64,000 bases of DNA from Thermoproteota archaeon (GTDB taxonomy: Archaea > Thermoproteota > Nitrososphaeria > Nitrososphaerales > Nitrososphaeraceae): assembly GCA_046729135.1 (NCBI GenBank), contig JBKPGB010000078.1, positions 20,086-84,085 of the forward strand, written 5' to 3'. The position numbers and the translations under genes were made by a program. The notes under the pieces are model-generated. The model did not search any database. It was not told the DNA's origin and saw only the letters and a list, made by a program, of their open reading frames with translations. How positions within the stretch are numbered: the first letter of the stretch is position 1; each line of letters begins with the position of its first letter. This document shows, piece after piece, positions 20,012 through 29,566 of the stretch.

Positions 20012-21602
20012 AGAAAATAGTCTGACTCGCTTCCTCAGGTGGGTTTACGCTGGGGTAGAGCGAACTATCTTCATGGGACTGAAATTTACATTCCCAAGTA
20101 GGTTTGTAAGTCCACTTGGATTTTTAGGGATGCTCACCTTTGTTCTTTTCATAATTCTAGGCATCACCGGAGCCTTACTAATGCTTTTTTATGAGCCAAT
20201 CTTAGATAGAGCTTGGAATAGTGTTAAAACAATTAATGATACTATTCCCTATGGATTTCATCTAAGGAACATTCATTATCACGCGTCAAACGCAATGGTC
20301 ATGGTAGCACTACTCCACATGTACTACCAGTATTTCAGTGGGAGATACAAGATTAGAAATGAAATACTTTGGGTTACCGGAATTATAATAGGAGTACTCA
20401 CAATATTAGAGGCCTTTACAGGATATGATATTATTTTCAGCGAAAGGGCAGAATTAGCTATTTCTATTGCAGCTTCGCTTACCAATTCAATCCCCATAAT
20501 GGGACCACAGATGAGAGATGCTTTCTTCGGATCGGGATTCCATGATTTTGTTTTGAGGTTTTATGCTTTTCATGTCTTCTTCCTACCTATAGCAATGTTG
20601 GGTCTAATGGTTGTACACTTCCCAAGATTCTTAGTATTTGATGTTCCGATGGTAATGGCAATAACAGGAGCAGTAATGATAACAGGTGGTGTATTTCCCG
20701 TAGATATGGGATTGAAATTCGATCCTAGTGTCCCACCGGGTATCACTGTACCTGAGTGGTACCTGACCGGACTGTACGCCTTCCTGCGTAGTGCATATGA
20801 TAAATTTACGACGGGTGTAGCTTGGCCAGGTTTGTTTATTTTTGTATTGCTTATAGTACCGTTTATCGATCGATACAAGAAATTTTCATGGAAAGATAGG
20901 CCAATAGTAACTGCAATAGGCATTACTAGTTTAGCTCAAATAATAGTAACTACTTACTGGGGTTTCTACATAGATCCAGATAGAACCAAATCTTTACTCG
21001 AAAGACTTATGATCGATCCTGTTTACCTTTATCTAGTCATGATTCTGCTCGTGCCATTGTCATTCGGTTTCACTTATATGATGATAAAATTGGCAAGAAA
21101 TGCAGAAGCAAATGCAAAGATTCAACCCAAAAAACCTTCAGGCAAAAGCTCAATAAACTTGTCTGAAAAATCGGTTTACGCAATATTCATTGCTCTGTTG
21201 GCATTTCAAGTTTACCTTAATATCGCTGCATATTACGCAGTACTTGGCGGAATGAAAAACTACTCTTTGTTTATTGTAGGTATCATTATGCTTGTATTTG
21301 CGGCCATGTGGCATGTATACAGACATGGAAAATCCCTGCAAAAAGCTCCACCACCAAAGCCAACCGTGCCACCAATGCCTATGAAGGCAAAGCCTACGCC
21401 ACTACCAAAAAGAGGTCCCACAACAGGTGAGGTTACTGCCGGCTCTAAAGTCCTTGAAGATACTGTAACTAAAGAAAAAGCATTGGCTCCTTCTACAAAG
21501 GGGACTACCTCTTCGTCACAGTCAGTTCAATCTGTAAATAAAGCAGAATCTACCGGACCAACGCACAGTGAACATAAAGTAGTTTCGGATGAGAAAAAAT
21601 AA
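19992..21602 (+). CDS. Cytochrome b of complex III with extended C-terminus
   Basis: Heme-ligand His pairs (HYHASN...LLHMY; FHV...VVHF), VPEWY Qo motif; Pro/Lys/Thr-rich tail. Confidence 0.95.
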   Translation: MGVTLHKENSLTRFLRWVYAGVERTIFMGLKFTFPSRFVSPLGFLGMLTFVLFIILGITGALLMLFYEPILDRAWNSVKTINDTIPYGFHLRNIHYHASNAMVMVALLHMYYQYFSGRYKIRNEILWVTGIIIGVLTILEAFTGYDIIFSERAELAISIAASLTNSIPIMGPQMRDAFFGSGFHDFVLRFYAFHVFFLPIAMLGLMVVHFPRFLVFDVPMVMAITGAVMITGGVFPVDMGLKFDPSVPPGITVPEWYLTGLYAFLRSAYDKFTTGVAWPGLFIFVLLIVPFIDRYKKFSWKDRPIVTAIGITSLAQIIVTTYWGFYIDPDRTKSLLERLMIDPVYLYLVMILLVPLSFGFTYMMIKLARNAEANAKIQPKKPSGKSSINLSEKSVYAIFIALLAFQVYLNIAAYYAVLGGMKNYSLFIVGIIMLVFAAMWHVYRHGKSLQKAPPPKPTVPPMPMKAKPTPLPKRGPTTGEVTAGSKVLEDTVTKEKALAPSTKGTTSSSQSVQSVNKAESTGPTHSEHKVVSDEKK

Positions 21603-21731
21603 TCACTTGTTGAATTCAAAATTCCAAATTAAATATTATATCGACTAATTGAATACAAAATTATGACATATTCAAACGATGATTAATCTTAATATTATAT
21701 ATATTCGTTAATTTAATTAACCAGAAGATAA

Positions 21732-22193
21732 ATGAACAATCATGCCGCAGGAATCAGTATCATTGCATTTATTATTGCCGTGACCGCCAGTATGGCTTAC
21801 TATCAATTTGTTTATACTAAAGAAGCAAATGCTAAACCACAGTTACCAAAGGAAATTCTGAATCCACCAGACACAGCCAAAGTATCTATTATAGAAGGTT
21901 CATCACAACCCTCACAGCAAAAAAACTTTGAGCCCAAGGAAATAAGGGGCACACTAGGTTTGAATAATAAGATAATTTGGACTAACGATGATACTACTGC
22001 TCATTCTGTTACTAGTGATAATCAATTCACCGATCAGATAAATGGTCCATTTAATTCAATTGATAGTATCGGTTTAGTACTTCCAAAGAAAACATATGAA
22101 TTCACGTTTACTAAAGATGGAGAGTATGCTTATCATTGTGAACCTCATCCATGGATGACAGGAAAGGTAATTATTGTAAAGAGTTTCGTCTAA
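21732..22193 (+). CDS. Membrane-anchored cupredoxin (plastocyanin/azurin-like blue copper protein)
   Basis: N-terminal TM; WTNDD..AHSVTS and YHCEPHPWMTG type-1 Cu ligands (H, C, H, M). Confidence 0.92.
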   Translation: MNNHAAGISIIAFIIAVTASMAYYQFVYTKEANAKPQLPKEILNPPDTAKVSIIEGSSQPSQQKNFEPKEIRGTLGLNNKIIWTNDDTTAHSVTSDNQFTDQINGPFNSIDSIGLVLPKKTYEFTFTKDGEYAYHCEPHPWMTGKVIIVKSFV

Positions 22194-22299
22194 CTTTTAT
22201 GATTAAATTGTAATACTCTTTACCTTTCTTCAATCTCGATTCAGGATATATCACAATCTAATCATTCTAAATACTTGCAGTTACCATTGGTATTTTGCC

Positions 22300-22659
22300 T
22301 CAGGGTACTATTCTAAGGAAGGCTACATTATCTGCAACTTCCTTATGTTCTTGAATTATAGAAGCCCTAAATTTAACGTTTGAAAGTGTATGAGGGACAT
22401 GTTCGGTTGTTACTGTAAATTTAATTTCGTTTCCCTCTTTTATATCCTGTTTTAGTATAGGCATTCTTGCATATGAATAGTCAATTTTTTTGCCATTAAG
22501 TTTTATGAAAGTAAAAATGTCACTGGTATTTTCTATTTGTGAATTTATAACAATGCTATCAAATCGGCCGGGATAAGTGATTTTTATGATTCCATTAAGT
22601 TCCTCTTTTGATTTAACTTCATTCTTGTCAAAAATTATGACAATGTCATTTTCTCCCAT
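22300..22659 (-). CDS. Hypothetical protein (beta-sandwich-like)
   Basis: 119 aa ORF with ATG and ordinary composition; no recognised motif. Confidence 0.6.
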   Translation of the reverse strand: MGENDIVIIFDKNEVKSKEELNGIIKITYPGRFDSIVINSQIENTSDIFTFIKLNGKKIDYSYARMPILKQDIKEGNEIKFTVTTEHVPHTLSNVKFRASIIQEHKEVADNVAFLRIVP

Positions 22660-22706
22660 TATCTTAGATTAAATATTACTCAATTTTAATCATCGTTAAT
22701 TAAAAA

Positions 22707-23225
22707 TTAATTGTTCTGTGTTAGATTAAGATTAATTATCGTGCCATTCTTTATTGAATGATCGTTAGTAAAGCCCGACCGAAGTTCTATTACATATAAT
22801 GAATCCACCTGGGGGGTATAAACATGACACGCCATGAATATTTTACATGGCTCCAAATTTCTTTCGGTATGAATGACTCTACTATTTGAATCCAGCCAAA
22901 TTATGTCTAATGGAATTTTCATTTCATTCATCCAAAATCCTTGCTTTGATGGTTGGTTGAACAAAAATAACATTCCTTCATTCTCATTCAACTTTTCCAA
23001 ACCTGATAGTCCTTTGATTCTTTGTTCATCTGTAGATGCTATGGCCAACAGGACTTTAAATCCATTTATTGAAACAGTAGTTTTTTTATATTGAGGATAG
23101 AAATCAGAATTATTCACCAAAGTTTTATTACTCTCCTTCAGTTCTGTCGCATAAGATTTACAAGACAATATTGAAAAAATTACAAGAGTGACAGCAGCAA
23201 GTAGAATTCTATTTTTGGTATCCAA
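22707..23225 (-). CDS. DUF192 family exported protein
   Basis: A.T.EQR.KGL, GMLF.F, FWM.EM.IPLDIIW, YVIEL..G motifs; signal peptide. Confidence 0.92.
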   Translation of the reverse strand: MDTKNRILLAAVTLVIFSILSCKSYATELKESNKTLVNNSDFYPQYKKTTVSINGFKVLLAIASTDEQRIKGLSGLEKLNENEGMLFLFNQPSKQGFWMNEMKIPLDIIWLDSNSRVIHTERNLEPCKIFMACHVYTPQVDSLYVIELRSGFTNDHSIKNGTIINLNLTQNN

Positions 23226-23430
23226 ATTAAGAAACAGTAGACCCCAATTGGATTTTAATTTTACCTATGCTATAAGCCAAAAACCCAAAAATAAATACTT
23301 TCTATTACAATATAATCTTTCCAGAATTCTTTATTTAATAGCAAAAGACTCGACATAAAAAATCTAAATAATAGCAAATTTACGTTTATCTACGAAAAGA
23401 CATTTATCTTCTGTAGCCCTTGATGAACTA

Positions 23431-24135
23431 AAAGGTGTATTTATTACAGGTACTGATACTGAAATTGGAAAAACTTCAGTGGCTTGTGGGTTAGCCTGGT
23501 TGCTTCGTAAAAATAAAATAAAAGTGGGTATCATGAAGCCACTTGCCGCTTCCTCTAAGATATATTCAAGGAACCACAAGTCCCAAGATACCGCTATATT
23601 AGCCAAAGCTGCAAATATAAAAGAAGCTGATAATATCCTAAATCCAGTATTCTTTCCAATACCTGCTTCACCTTTAATGGCAGCTGAAATATTGAATACA
23701 ACTGTAAATCTAAAAACAGTAACTAAAAAATTTAATTTTCTTAAAAAAAAATATGATTTTACTCTAGTAGAAGGAATTGGGGGTATTATGGTTCCCATCA
23801 CAGCGAGATTTTCACTACTAGATCTAATTAGGAAGATGGGTCTGCCTATTATTATTGTGTCCAGACCTCAGCTGGGTTCTATTAATCATACCATATTGAC
23901 CATAAATGCATGTAAAGAAACCAAGATCCCTATAATCGGAGTAATTTTTAATCAGATGCCAAAGCATCCCGATATTGTGGAATCATTGACCCCAAAATAT
24001 ATTGAAAGGTTAACTGAGGTTAAGACAATATCGATTATCCCGTTTATGGATAGATGTAACTTTAAGAAAATTGGATCCTACCTTGGAAGAAATCTAATTA
24101 TAAAGAATTTGATATCCAGGCTAACAGACAAATAA
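23431..24135 (+). CDS. bioD: Dethiobiotin synthase (true start unresolved)
   Basis: In-frame KGVFITGTDTEIGKT P-loop at 23431-23475 lies upstream of the called GTG; MKPLA, P.SP..AA, VEGIGG..VP, LGSINHT.LT motifs. Confidence 0.9.
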   Translation, partial: KGVFITGTDTEIGKTSVACGLAWLLRKNKIKVGIMKPLAASSKIYSRNHKSQDTAILAKAANIKEADNILNPVFFPIPASPLMAAEILNTTVNLKTVTKKFNFLKKKYDFTLVEGIGGIMVPITARFSLLDLIRKMGLPIIIVSRPQLGSINHTILTINACKETKIPIIGVIFNQMPKHPDIVESLTPKYIERLTEVKTISIIPFMDRCNFKKIGSYLGRNLIIKNLISRLTDK

Positions 24136-24154
24136 TGCATGGATTAATATCAAG

Positions 24155-25210
24155 TCACACTCTTATACTCGTAATAGCAGCTTTCTTTAGTCTATTCATT
24201 ATGGCAAAACCTGCTTTGTTATATTGAATTCCCTGGACTATTATGATGTCAATATTATGTTTGTCAGCTTCTCTAAGATTTGCAAATAAATTTCTTGCAA
24301 TCGCCTCTAAAGTCTTTCCCATGAAATGAACCTTATCTGCATTTACCTTCAATGATTTACTGGTCGTCATTATACAGACTTTCCTGCCTTGGCTCTTTAA
24401 TTTTTGAGTCAATTCAATGATTTTATTCTTTGCATTGAATTCGGTACCCTCTACTAGTATTACTTGAGCATTCGGTGAGTAATGCCTGTATTTCATTCCA
24501 GGTGATTTATTGATAGTAGTTGTGCTCCTATGCAAACCAAGAAGTGATTTATGAGAGTGGACTTTGCCAATTTCCTCCTCAATCGACTCCTTTGATATAC
24601 CACCGGGTCTCAAGATTACTGGAGTGCGTTGTGTCATATCGATTACTGTAGATTCAATTCCAATTTCAGTACTACCACCGTCCAGGATCAATTTTATTTT
24701 TCCATTAAGATCATCTTTGACATGACCGGCATTTGTAGGACTTGGCTTTCCTGAAATGTTTGCAGATGGTGCTGCAATGGGAGAGCGAGATAGTTTAATT
24801 AATTCTAGAGCAACATTATTTTTTGGCATACGAACAGCGACTGTGTTTAAACCTCCGGTAGTGATTTCAGGCAGAATCTTTGATTTCTTTAGGACAAGGG
24901 TTATCGGGCCGGGCCAAAACTTGCTGATAATTCTGCTAGCTTTAGGAGGTATCTCACTTACCAATGTGCTGAAAGTCTTCATATCTGCTATGTGGACGAT
25001 TAATGGGTTATCAGAAGGTCTGCCTTTAATTTTATATATTTTTGATACTGATGACGGGTCTAAGGCGTTAGCTCCTAATCCATATACTGTTTCTGTTGGA
25101 AATGCAATAACTTCACCTTTACGAATCAAAATTGCTGCCTTTCGAATTATAGCATAGCTCGGTTTCCTGGCATTTACTCTTATAATCTCAGTTTTGACTC
25201 GGTTCTTCAT
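24155..25210 (-). CDS. sua5: Threonylcarbamoyl-AMP synthase Sua5
   Basis: FPTETVYGLGA, KGRPSDNPLIVH, APSAN.SG.PSPT, SPGMKYRHYSP. Confidence 0.97.
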   Translation of the reverse strand: MKNRVKTEIIRVNARKPSYAIIRKAAILIRKGEVIAFPTETVYGLGANALDPSSVSKIYKIKGRPSDNPLIVHIADMKTFSTLVSEIPPKASRIISKFWPGPITLVLKKSKILPEITTGGLNTVAVRMPKNNVALELIKLSRSPIAAPSANISGKPSPTNAGHVKDDLNGKIKLILDGGSTEIGIESTVIDMTQRTPVILRPGGISKESIEEEIGKVHSHKSLLGLHRSTTTINKSPGMKYRHYSPNAQVILVEGTEFNAKNKIIELTQKLKSQGRKVCIMTTSKSLKVNADKVHFMGKTLEAIARNLFANLREADKHNIDIIIVQGIQYNKAGFAIMNRLKKAAITSIRV

Positions 25211-25415
25211 AAATGGAAGTTGTAAAAAATTATGGTTATTATTCTATAGGTTCGTTTACTGCAGTGCAGTGCGAAATTCTAGTACGAATTGAAATAACAA
25301 ACTATGCCCATAACGATAGATGTCCAATCCCAGTTTTATTTGAGATGGAACGATCGTTCCACTATGGAATTTCATGGTTCTCCTTAATTACTTTATAATC
25401 TTTTATAACAACGAA

Positions 25416-25730
25416 ATGAGCAAAACGATGTGTAAAAATGAAAATAATAGGGGAAAGATCCAGATTATGGCAGACATAGTAGATTTATGTAAAGCAGGTA
25501 TAAGAAAAACGCACATAATGTACAAGGGAAATCTAAGTTATGAGCAAATCAATAGATACTTGTACGAACTTTTAGAAAAGGAATTAATTATTCAGAATCT
25601 GGATGATGGTGTATTGACTTACCGAGCAACAGAAAAAGGTCGATCATTTCTACAGTATTACAATTTGATGGTAAGTATTTTGGACGAAAATGTAATTGAT
25701 ATGACACCTCCCATTAGCAAACTCGCCTAA
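25416..25730 (+). CDS. Winged-helix DNA-binding protein (RxxxxI..DI..KTHIMY type)
   Basis: RGKIQIMADIV...KTHIMYKGNLSYEQ...YL..L, Y..TEKG; start set at ATG 25416 behind a ctttataa TATA box. Confidence 0.85.
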   Translation: MSKTMCKNENNRGKIQIMADIVDLCKAGIRKTHIMYKGNLSYEQINRYLYELLEKELIIQNLDDGVLTYRATEKGRSFLQYYNLMVSILDENVIDMTPPISKLA

Positions 25731-25756
25731 TAGCAGAAATTATTTTTATACACATT

Positions 25757-25954
25757 TTATGGATTTTCAAATCCAGGCTTTCTTTCACGTCCATACGATC
25801 TAAAAAGAAGACCACTTACTACTAGCAGGACTGTAAGGCCAGAAGCCACAAGTGCTTGCACTATAGGAGCACCTAATATGAGACTAATGATGATTGGAAT
25901 CAATGCAGAAATGGCAGCTATAGGAAGCCATTTTTTTAAAAAAGTGAGATTCAA
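25757..25954 (-). CDS. Small two-TM membrane protein
   Basis: 65 aa with two hydrophobic helices and a charged tail; TTG start. Confidence 0.6.
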   Translation of the reverse strand: MNLTFLKKWLPIAAISALIPIIISLILGAPIVQALVASGLTVLLVVSGLLFRSYGRERKPGFENP

Positions 25955-26073
25955 GCTCGATCGTTGTTATAAGGTTCTATTTATAATCTTTTTAAATGAT
26001 TATTAATCTGTTGGTCTCTAATTCACCTTGTTTGGAAAAAATTACCACACCGCTATTATAGTTTTAACAATAT

Positions 26074-26514
26074 TCAACCACATTTAACATTAGATGTAAA
26101 GGTACCCTTGTTTCCGTTATCGGATACTAGTCTTACCGTTCCTGCTCCACAGTTACCTGAAAGGTTAATGTCAGAAGGTGTTTTGTTATTACATATATTA
26201 TCAAAAGCTTCAACTCCTTTCAAAACAAAACTATCTGATGACGTCTTTATTTTAGTAATGATTCCTCCAGCAGATCCTAATTTCTGATGATCAATATTCC
26301 ATTCCGCAAATGATGTTCCTTTATCATGAGACACAAAAAAGTTTATCCTCACACCATTGACCTCTTCGCCGCCATCACAAGAAATGGTGCCTTTTCCTAC
26401 ACTTTTTAACTCCAGTTCTTGCGCAAGTGCAATTTGATTAAAATAAATTGAATATATGAATAGACTAAATACTACTATACCTACAGCTATCTTTGTTCCT
26501 TTTGACTTTTCCAT
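26074..26514 (-). CDS. Secreted hypothetical protein
   Basis: Signal peptide; four Cys; Gly-rich beta-strand composition. Confidence 0.7.
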   Translation of the reverse strand: MEKSKGTKIAVGIVVFSLFIYSIYFNQIALAQELELKSVGKGTISCDGGEEVNGVRINFFVSHDKGTSFAEWNIDHQKLGSAGGIITKIKTSSDSFVLKGVEAFDNICNNKTPSDINLSGNCGAGTVRLVSDNGNKGTFTSNVKCG

Positions 26515-26944
26515 TGGATTTAATGCTAGGATTTTTCTTTTAAGGGTTAGGTAAGAAATATCTGAATCATGTTATGTCATCTTTTACTAATATTTGGCTG
26601 CTATTTTTTTACTTAAATATAACCAGGTATATTTTTCAGAATTCTTCTTTATTTTCTAGATAGAACGATTAACAAGTTGGAGACGGATTATTTTCTAACA
26701 ATGTCAAATTTATTTTATCAAATGTTTCATTACAAACTTGTTCGCCTTGATTGAAATGGATTAGATCAAATTTAAGAAAATTCTATAGTGGAATAGAAAT
26801 TATTTTGGCACCGTTATGGAAATAAGATTTTCTTTAAATGTGAGTATTAATATTATAAATCCTTAGATTAGTTAACAAAATATTAAATTCATAAACGACC
26901 TGCATATTTACGTCGTAGAAATTTGAAAATGATTAACACTTTTA

Positions 26945-26965
26945 TATCAAAGGATGTCTTTGATA
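26945..26965. promoter_or_regulatory. Inverted repeat (candidate operator) at the MCO promoter
   Basis: TATCAAAG-gatgt-CTTTGATA, perfect 8-bp arms, overlapping the TATA (ttttatat) and ending 4 nt before the GTG start. Confidence 0.5.
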
Positions 26966-26969
26966 AAAC

Positions 26970-28247
26970 GTGTTTAGGCAAAATGCGTATTTTTATGTAT
27001 TGGTTTTGTCAATTACTTTGATTTTTTCATCTTTTAGCTTTTCTTTCTTGAACCTGTCTATTTATGCTCAATCACCGGCAACCCACATTTCTCAACAGCA
27101 ATACGATAAAATTAAGAATTGTGCTACTGATCTGAGTAAGAAACCTACTCCCGTAGAATACCTAACGTATTTCAATTGTGGTCATGTCTCAAAGGATCAA
27201 AGCGGAAGAACCGTACGCCAATTCACACTTATTGTTCAAGAACATCAAAAAATTCCTATTTCATATGAAGGGCATATCTTTGATGCATGGACATTTAACG
27301 GTACTGTACCCGGACCGACTATTAGAGTTACAGAAGGCGATCTAGTCCGTATCAGAGTTATTAATAGCAACGAGAATGAACATCCTCATTCGCTTCATAC
27401 TCACTCTATCCATTTCGCCAAGAATGATGGCGTTTCAATGGGTGGATATCCCGGAGGTGCCATTTCACCAGGTAGAAGTTTCACTTATGAATTTATTGCA
27501 CAACCTTACGGCGTATATCCGTATCATTGTCATGTAGATCCAATAGCAGATCACATCAACAGGGGATTATATGGAATGATGATTATTGATCCAAGAGAGC
27601 CCCGGCCACAAATGACAGAGATGGCTATGCTACTTAATGGTTATGACATGGATTACGATCAAGAAGGACCTACCCATCTACCTCCAGCTGCACTATTTGA
27701 GGCAAGTCAACAAGATGGAAAAGATGCCAATGTTACTGATGGTGCCAATAGCAACGAAACTAGCGCAGATTCCAATGTGAGTGAAGGAGCCAATAGCAAC
27801 GAAACTAGCAAGGATGCCAATATGACGCACGTTTCTGCTACTCCAGCTATCAAAGAAAAAGATGCTGGCGACAGTGAGAGGGATAATGAAATTTACACAG
27901 TTAATGGAAAGGCATTTGAGTATATGATGCATCCAATAGTGTTACAAACTGGCAAACAATATCGTATTTACCTTGTAAATATGCTGGAATTTGACCTGGT
28001 CAACTCATTCCATTTGCATGGTTCCATGTTTGACTATTATACTGCTGGTACCGATGAAACATCAGATTATAATACAGACATAGTAACGCTAACACAGGGA
28101 GATAGAGGTATTATGGAATTTACATATGACTATCCTGGAACTTATATGTTCCATGCGCATCAGGCGGAGTTCACGGATCTGGGTTGGATGGGACTTTTTG
28201 ATGTACGAGGAGATCCGGTTAATCATATTGCACATAGTTCCACGTAA
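26970..28247 (+). CDS. Two-domain multicopper oxidase (type C, T1 Cu in domain 1)
   Basis: HSLHTH and YHCH...DHINRGLYG in domain 1; SFHLHG and FHAH (no Cys) in domain 2; signal peptide. Confidence 0.9.
   Translation: MFRQNAYFYVLVLSITLIFSSFSFSFLNLSIYAQSPATHISQQQYDKIKNCATDLSKKPTPVEYLTYFNCGHVSKDQSGRTVRQFTLIVQEHQKIPISYEGHIFDAWTFNGTVPGPTIRVTEGDLVRIRVINSNENEHPHSLHTHSIHFAKNDGVSMGGYPGGAISPGRSFTYEFIAQPYGVYPYHCHVDPIADHINRGLYGMMIIDPREPRPQMTEMAMLLNGYDMDYDQEGPTHLPPAALFEASQQDGKDANVTDGANSNETSADSNVSEGANSNETSKDANMTHVSATPAIKEKDAGDSERDNEIYTVNGKAFEYMMHPIVLQTGKQYRIYLVNMLEFDLVNSFHLHGSMFDYYTAGTDETSDYNTDIVTLTQGDRGIMEFTYDYPGTYMFHAHQAEFTDLGWMGLFDVRGDPVNHIAHSST
27723..27827 (+). repeat. 45-bp imperfect tandem repeat (about 2.3 copies) inside the MCO
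   Basis: DANVTDGANSNETSA / DSNVSEGANSNETSK / DANMT; shared gccaatagcaacgaaactagc. Confidence 0.85.
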
Positions 28248-28594
28248 TAAAACGTGAAATTATGCTGTCTTGGCCATATCACAATTCTATCAATTTAACA
28301 GAGTGAAATCGAATCGATTTTAAACTCGAATAAGCCAAGGCAGTCCATCGCTGTCTTTCAACACCTTGAAGCAATTAAAGGCTAAACTTTAACATGGATG
28401 TTTTTGCCAGGTATTCTGTAGGATATTGATAGTACTTTATTCAAACGTTATGAAATATCCATAGCGGATTAACGAAAAATTCCCATTTCTGACGGCGTAT
28501 TTTGAGTGTAGTTGGTCTCCATTATCCTCAGGGCAAATGAACTAAGATTTATCATTTTTGCTGAATTTACTCTGTAAACGTATGCCGATTCTAA

Positions 28595-29464
28595 TTACTG
28601 GACTATAAACGTCGTAGACTTTGTCGCTTTAATTCCTGCTTGTGAGGCACTGGCTAAGACTGAATACGTACCTGTTGTGTCTTTATCTATCCTAAAAGAA
28701 GGTGAGAGTTCCCCATCAGTATCTGTATAGTCTTTTACAACATTACCTGAAGGATCGTTGATGGTTAAACGTACAAACACGCGATCAAGGGTATTTCCTG
28801 TTTGAGGATCCGATGCGGTCGCTGTAACTTTTTGTCTATCCCCAGCTGAAATTGGATTATTTTCTACATTAACCTCGAGATTTATTTTATTCGAGTTTGA
28901 GGTATTTGTTGTATCGACTGATGCTCCTGATTGCGGAGATGGAATTTGGGTATTTGAAGCTGGAGTTTTGGTATTATTTGAAGCTGGAGTTTTAGTATTT
29001 GCAGTTGGTAACGGTAATTGTACATTAGTCGATTGATTAGAAGATGTAGTTCCAGTGACATTTATGCTATACCATTTAGTAACAGTTGGCCCGGCAGGTG
29101 GAACCAAACAAGTAATTTTTGATGTCAAGTCATTGAGCCCTGTTTGAATAAGGTGGTATTTTGAAGTATATGTGAAACTCCACTTTGAAAAATCAGCAGA
29201 TCCGTTTGAACCGGTAGGTGTGGCCAGTTGATAGGGCTTTAGGTTATTCCAATCTAAATAAACCTGACATTGTGAGGATGAATTATCAGAAGATGTTCCA
29301 GATATGGTGAGTTCGCCGACAGGAACCTGTTGATTGCCGAGGGGAGATTCTATCTTTATTGAAATAGCATAAACATTAACAGATACAATACTGATGAACA
29401 TCATTAGTGCTAGAAGTGTTCCAGAAAAACCAAATAAATGCATCCTTTCAAAATTCATACGCAC
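28595..29464 (-). CDS. Secreted two-domain Ig-like protein with Ser/Thr/Asn-rich linker
   Basis: Signal peptide; IKIESP..QQVPVGELTISGTSSD domain with a Cys pair; low-complexity linker; C-terminal beta-sandwich. Confidence 0.7.
   Translation of the reverse strand: MRMNFERMHLFGFSGTLLALMMFISIVSVNVYAISIKIESPLGNQQVPVGELTISGTSSDNSSSQCQVYLDWNNLKPYQLATPTGSNGSADFSKWSFTYTSKYHLIQTGLNDLTSKITCLVPPAGPTVTKWYSINVTGTTSSNQSTNVQLPLPTANTKTPASNNTKTPASNTQIPSPQSGASVDTTNTSNSNKINLEVNVENNPISAGDRQKVTATASDPQTGNTLDRVFVRLTINDPSGNVVKDYTDTDGELSPSFRIDKDTTGTYSVLASASQAGIKATKSTTFIVQ
28954..29001. repeat. 24-bp tandem duplication (NTKTPASN x2)
   Basis: ttgaagctggagtttt(g/a)gtatt at 28954 and 28978. Confidence 0.8.
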
Positions 29465-29566
29465 TGTAATCTATCATATTACTCTTATTTTTGTTTTTTA
29501 CATTTTTTTAGAGAAATTTAAACGACTATGGATGGTCTGCTATTGTGTAATTATCCAATCTGTGCT

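Noticed and set aside
23364-23801. 145-aa minus-strand ORF
   Set aside because: Antisense shadow of bioD.
26970-28247. Copper nitrite reductase NirK
   Set aside because: It has HxH trinuclear-cluster motifs in both domains and Leu instead of the axial Met; this fits a two-domain MCO, not NirK.
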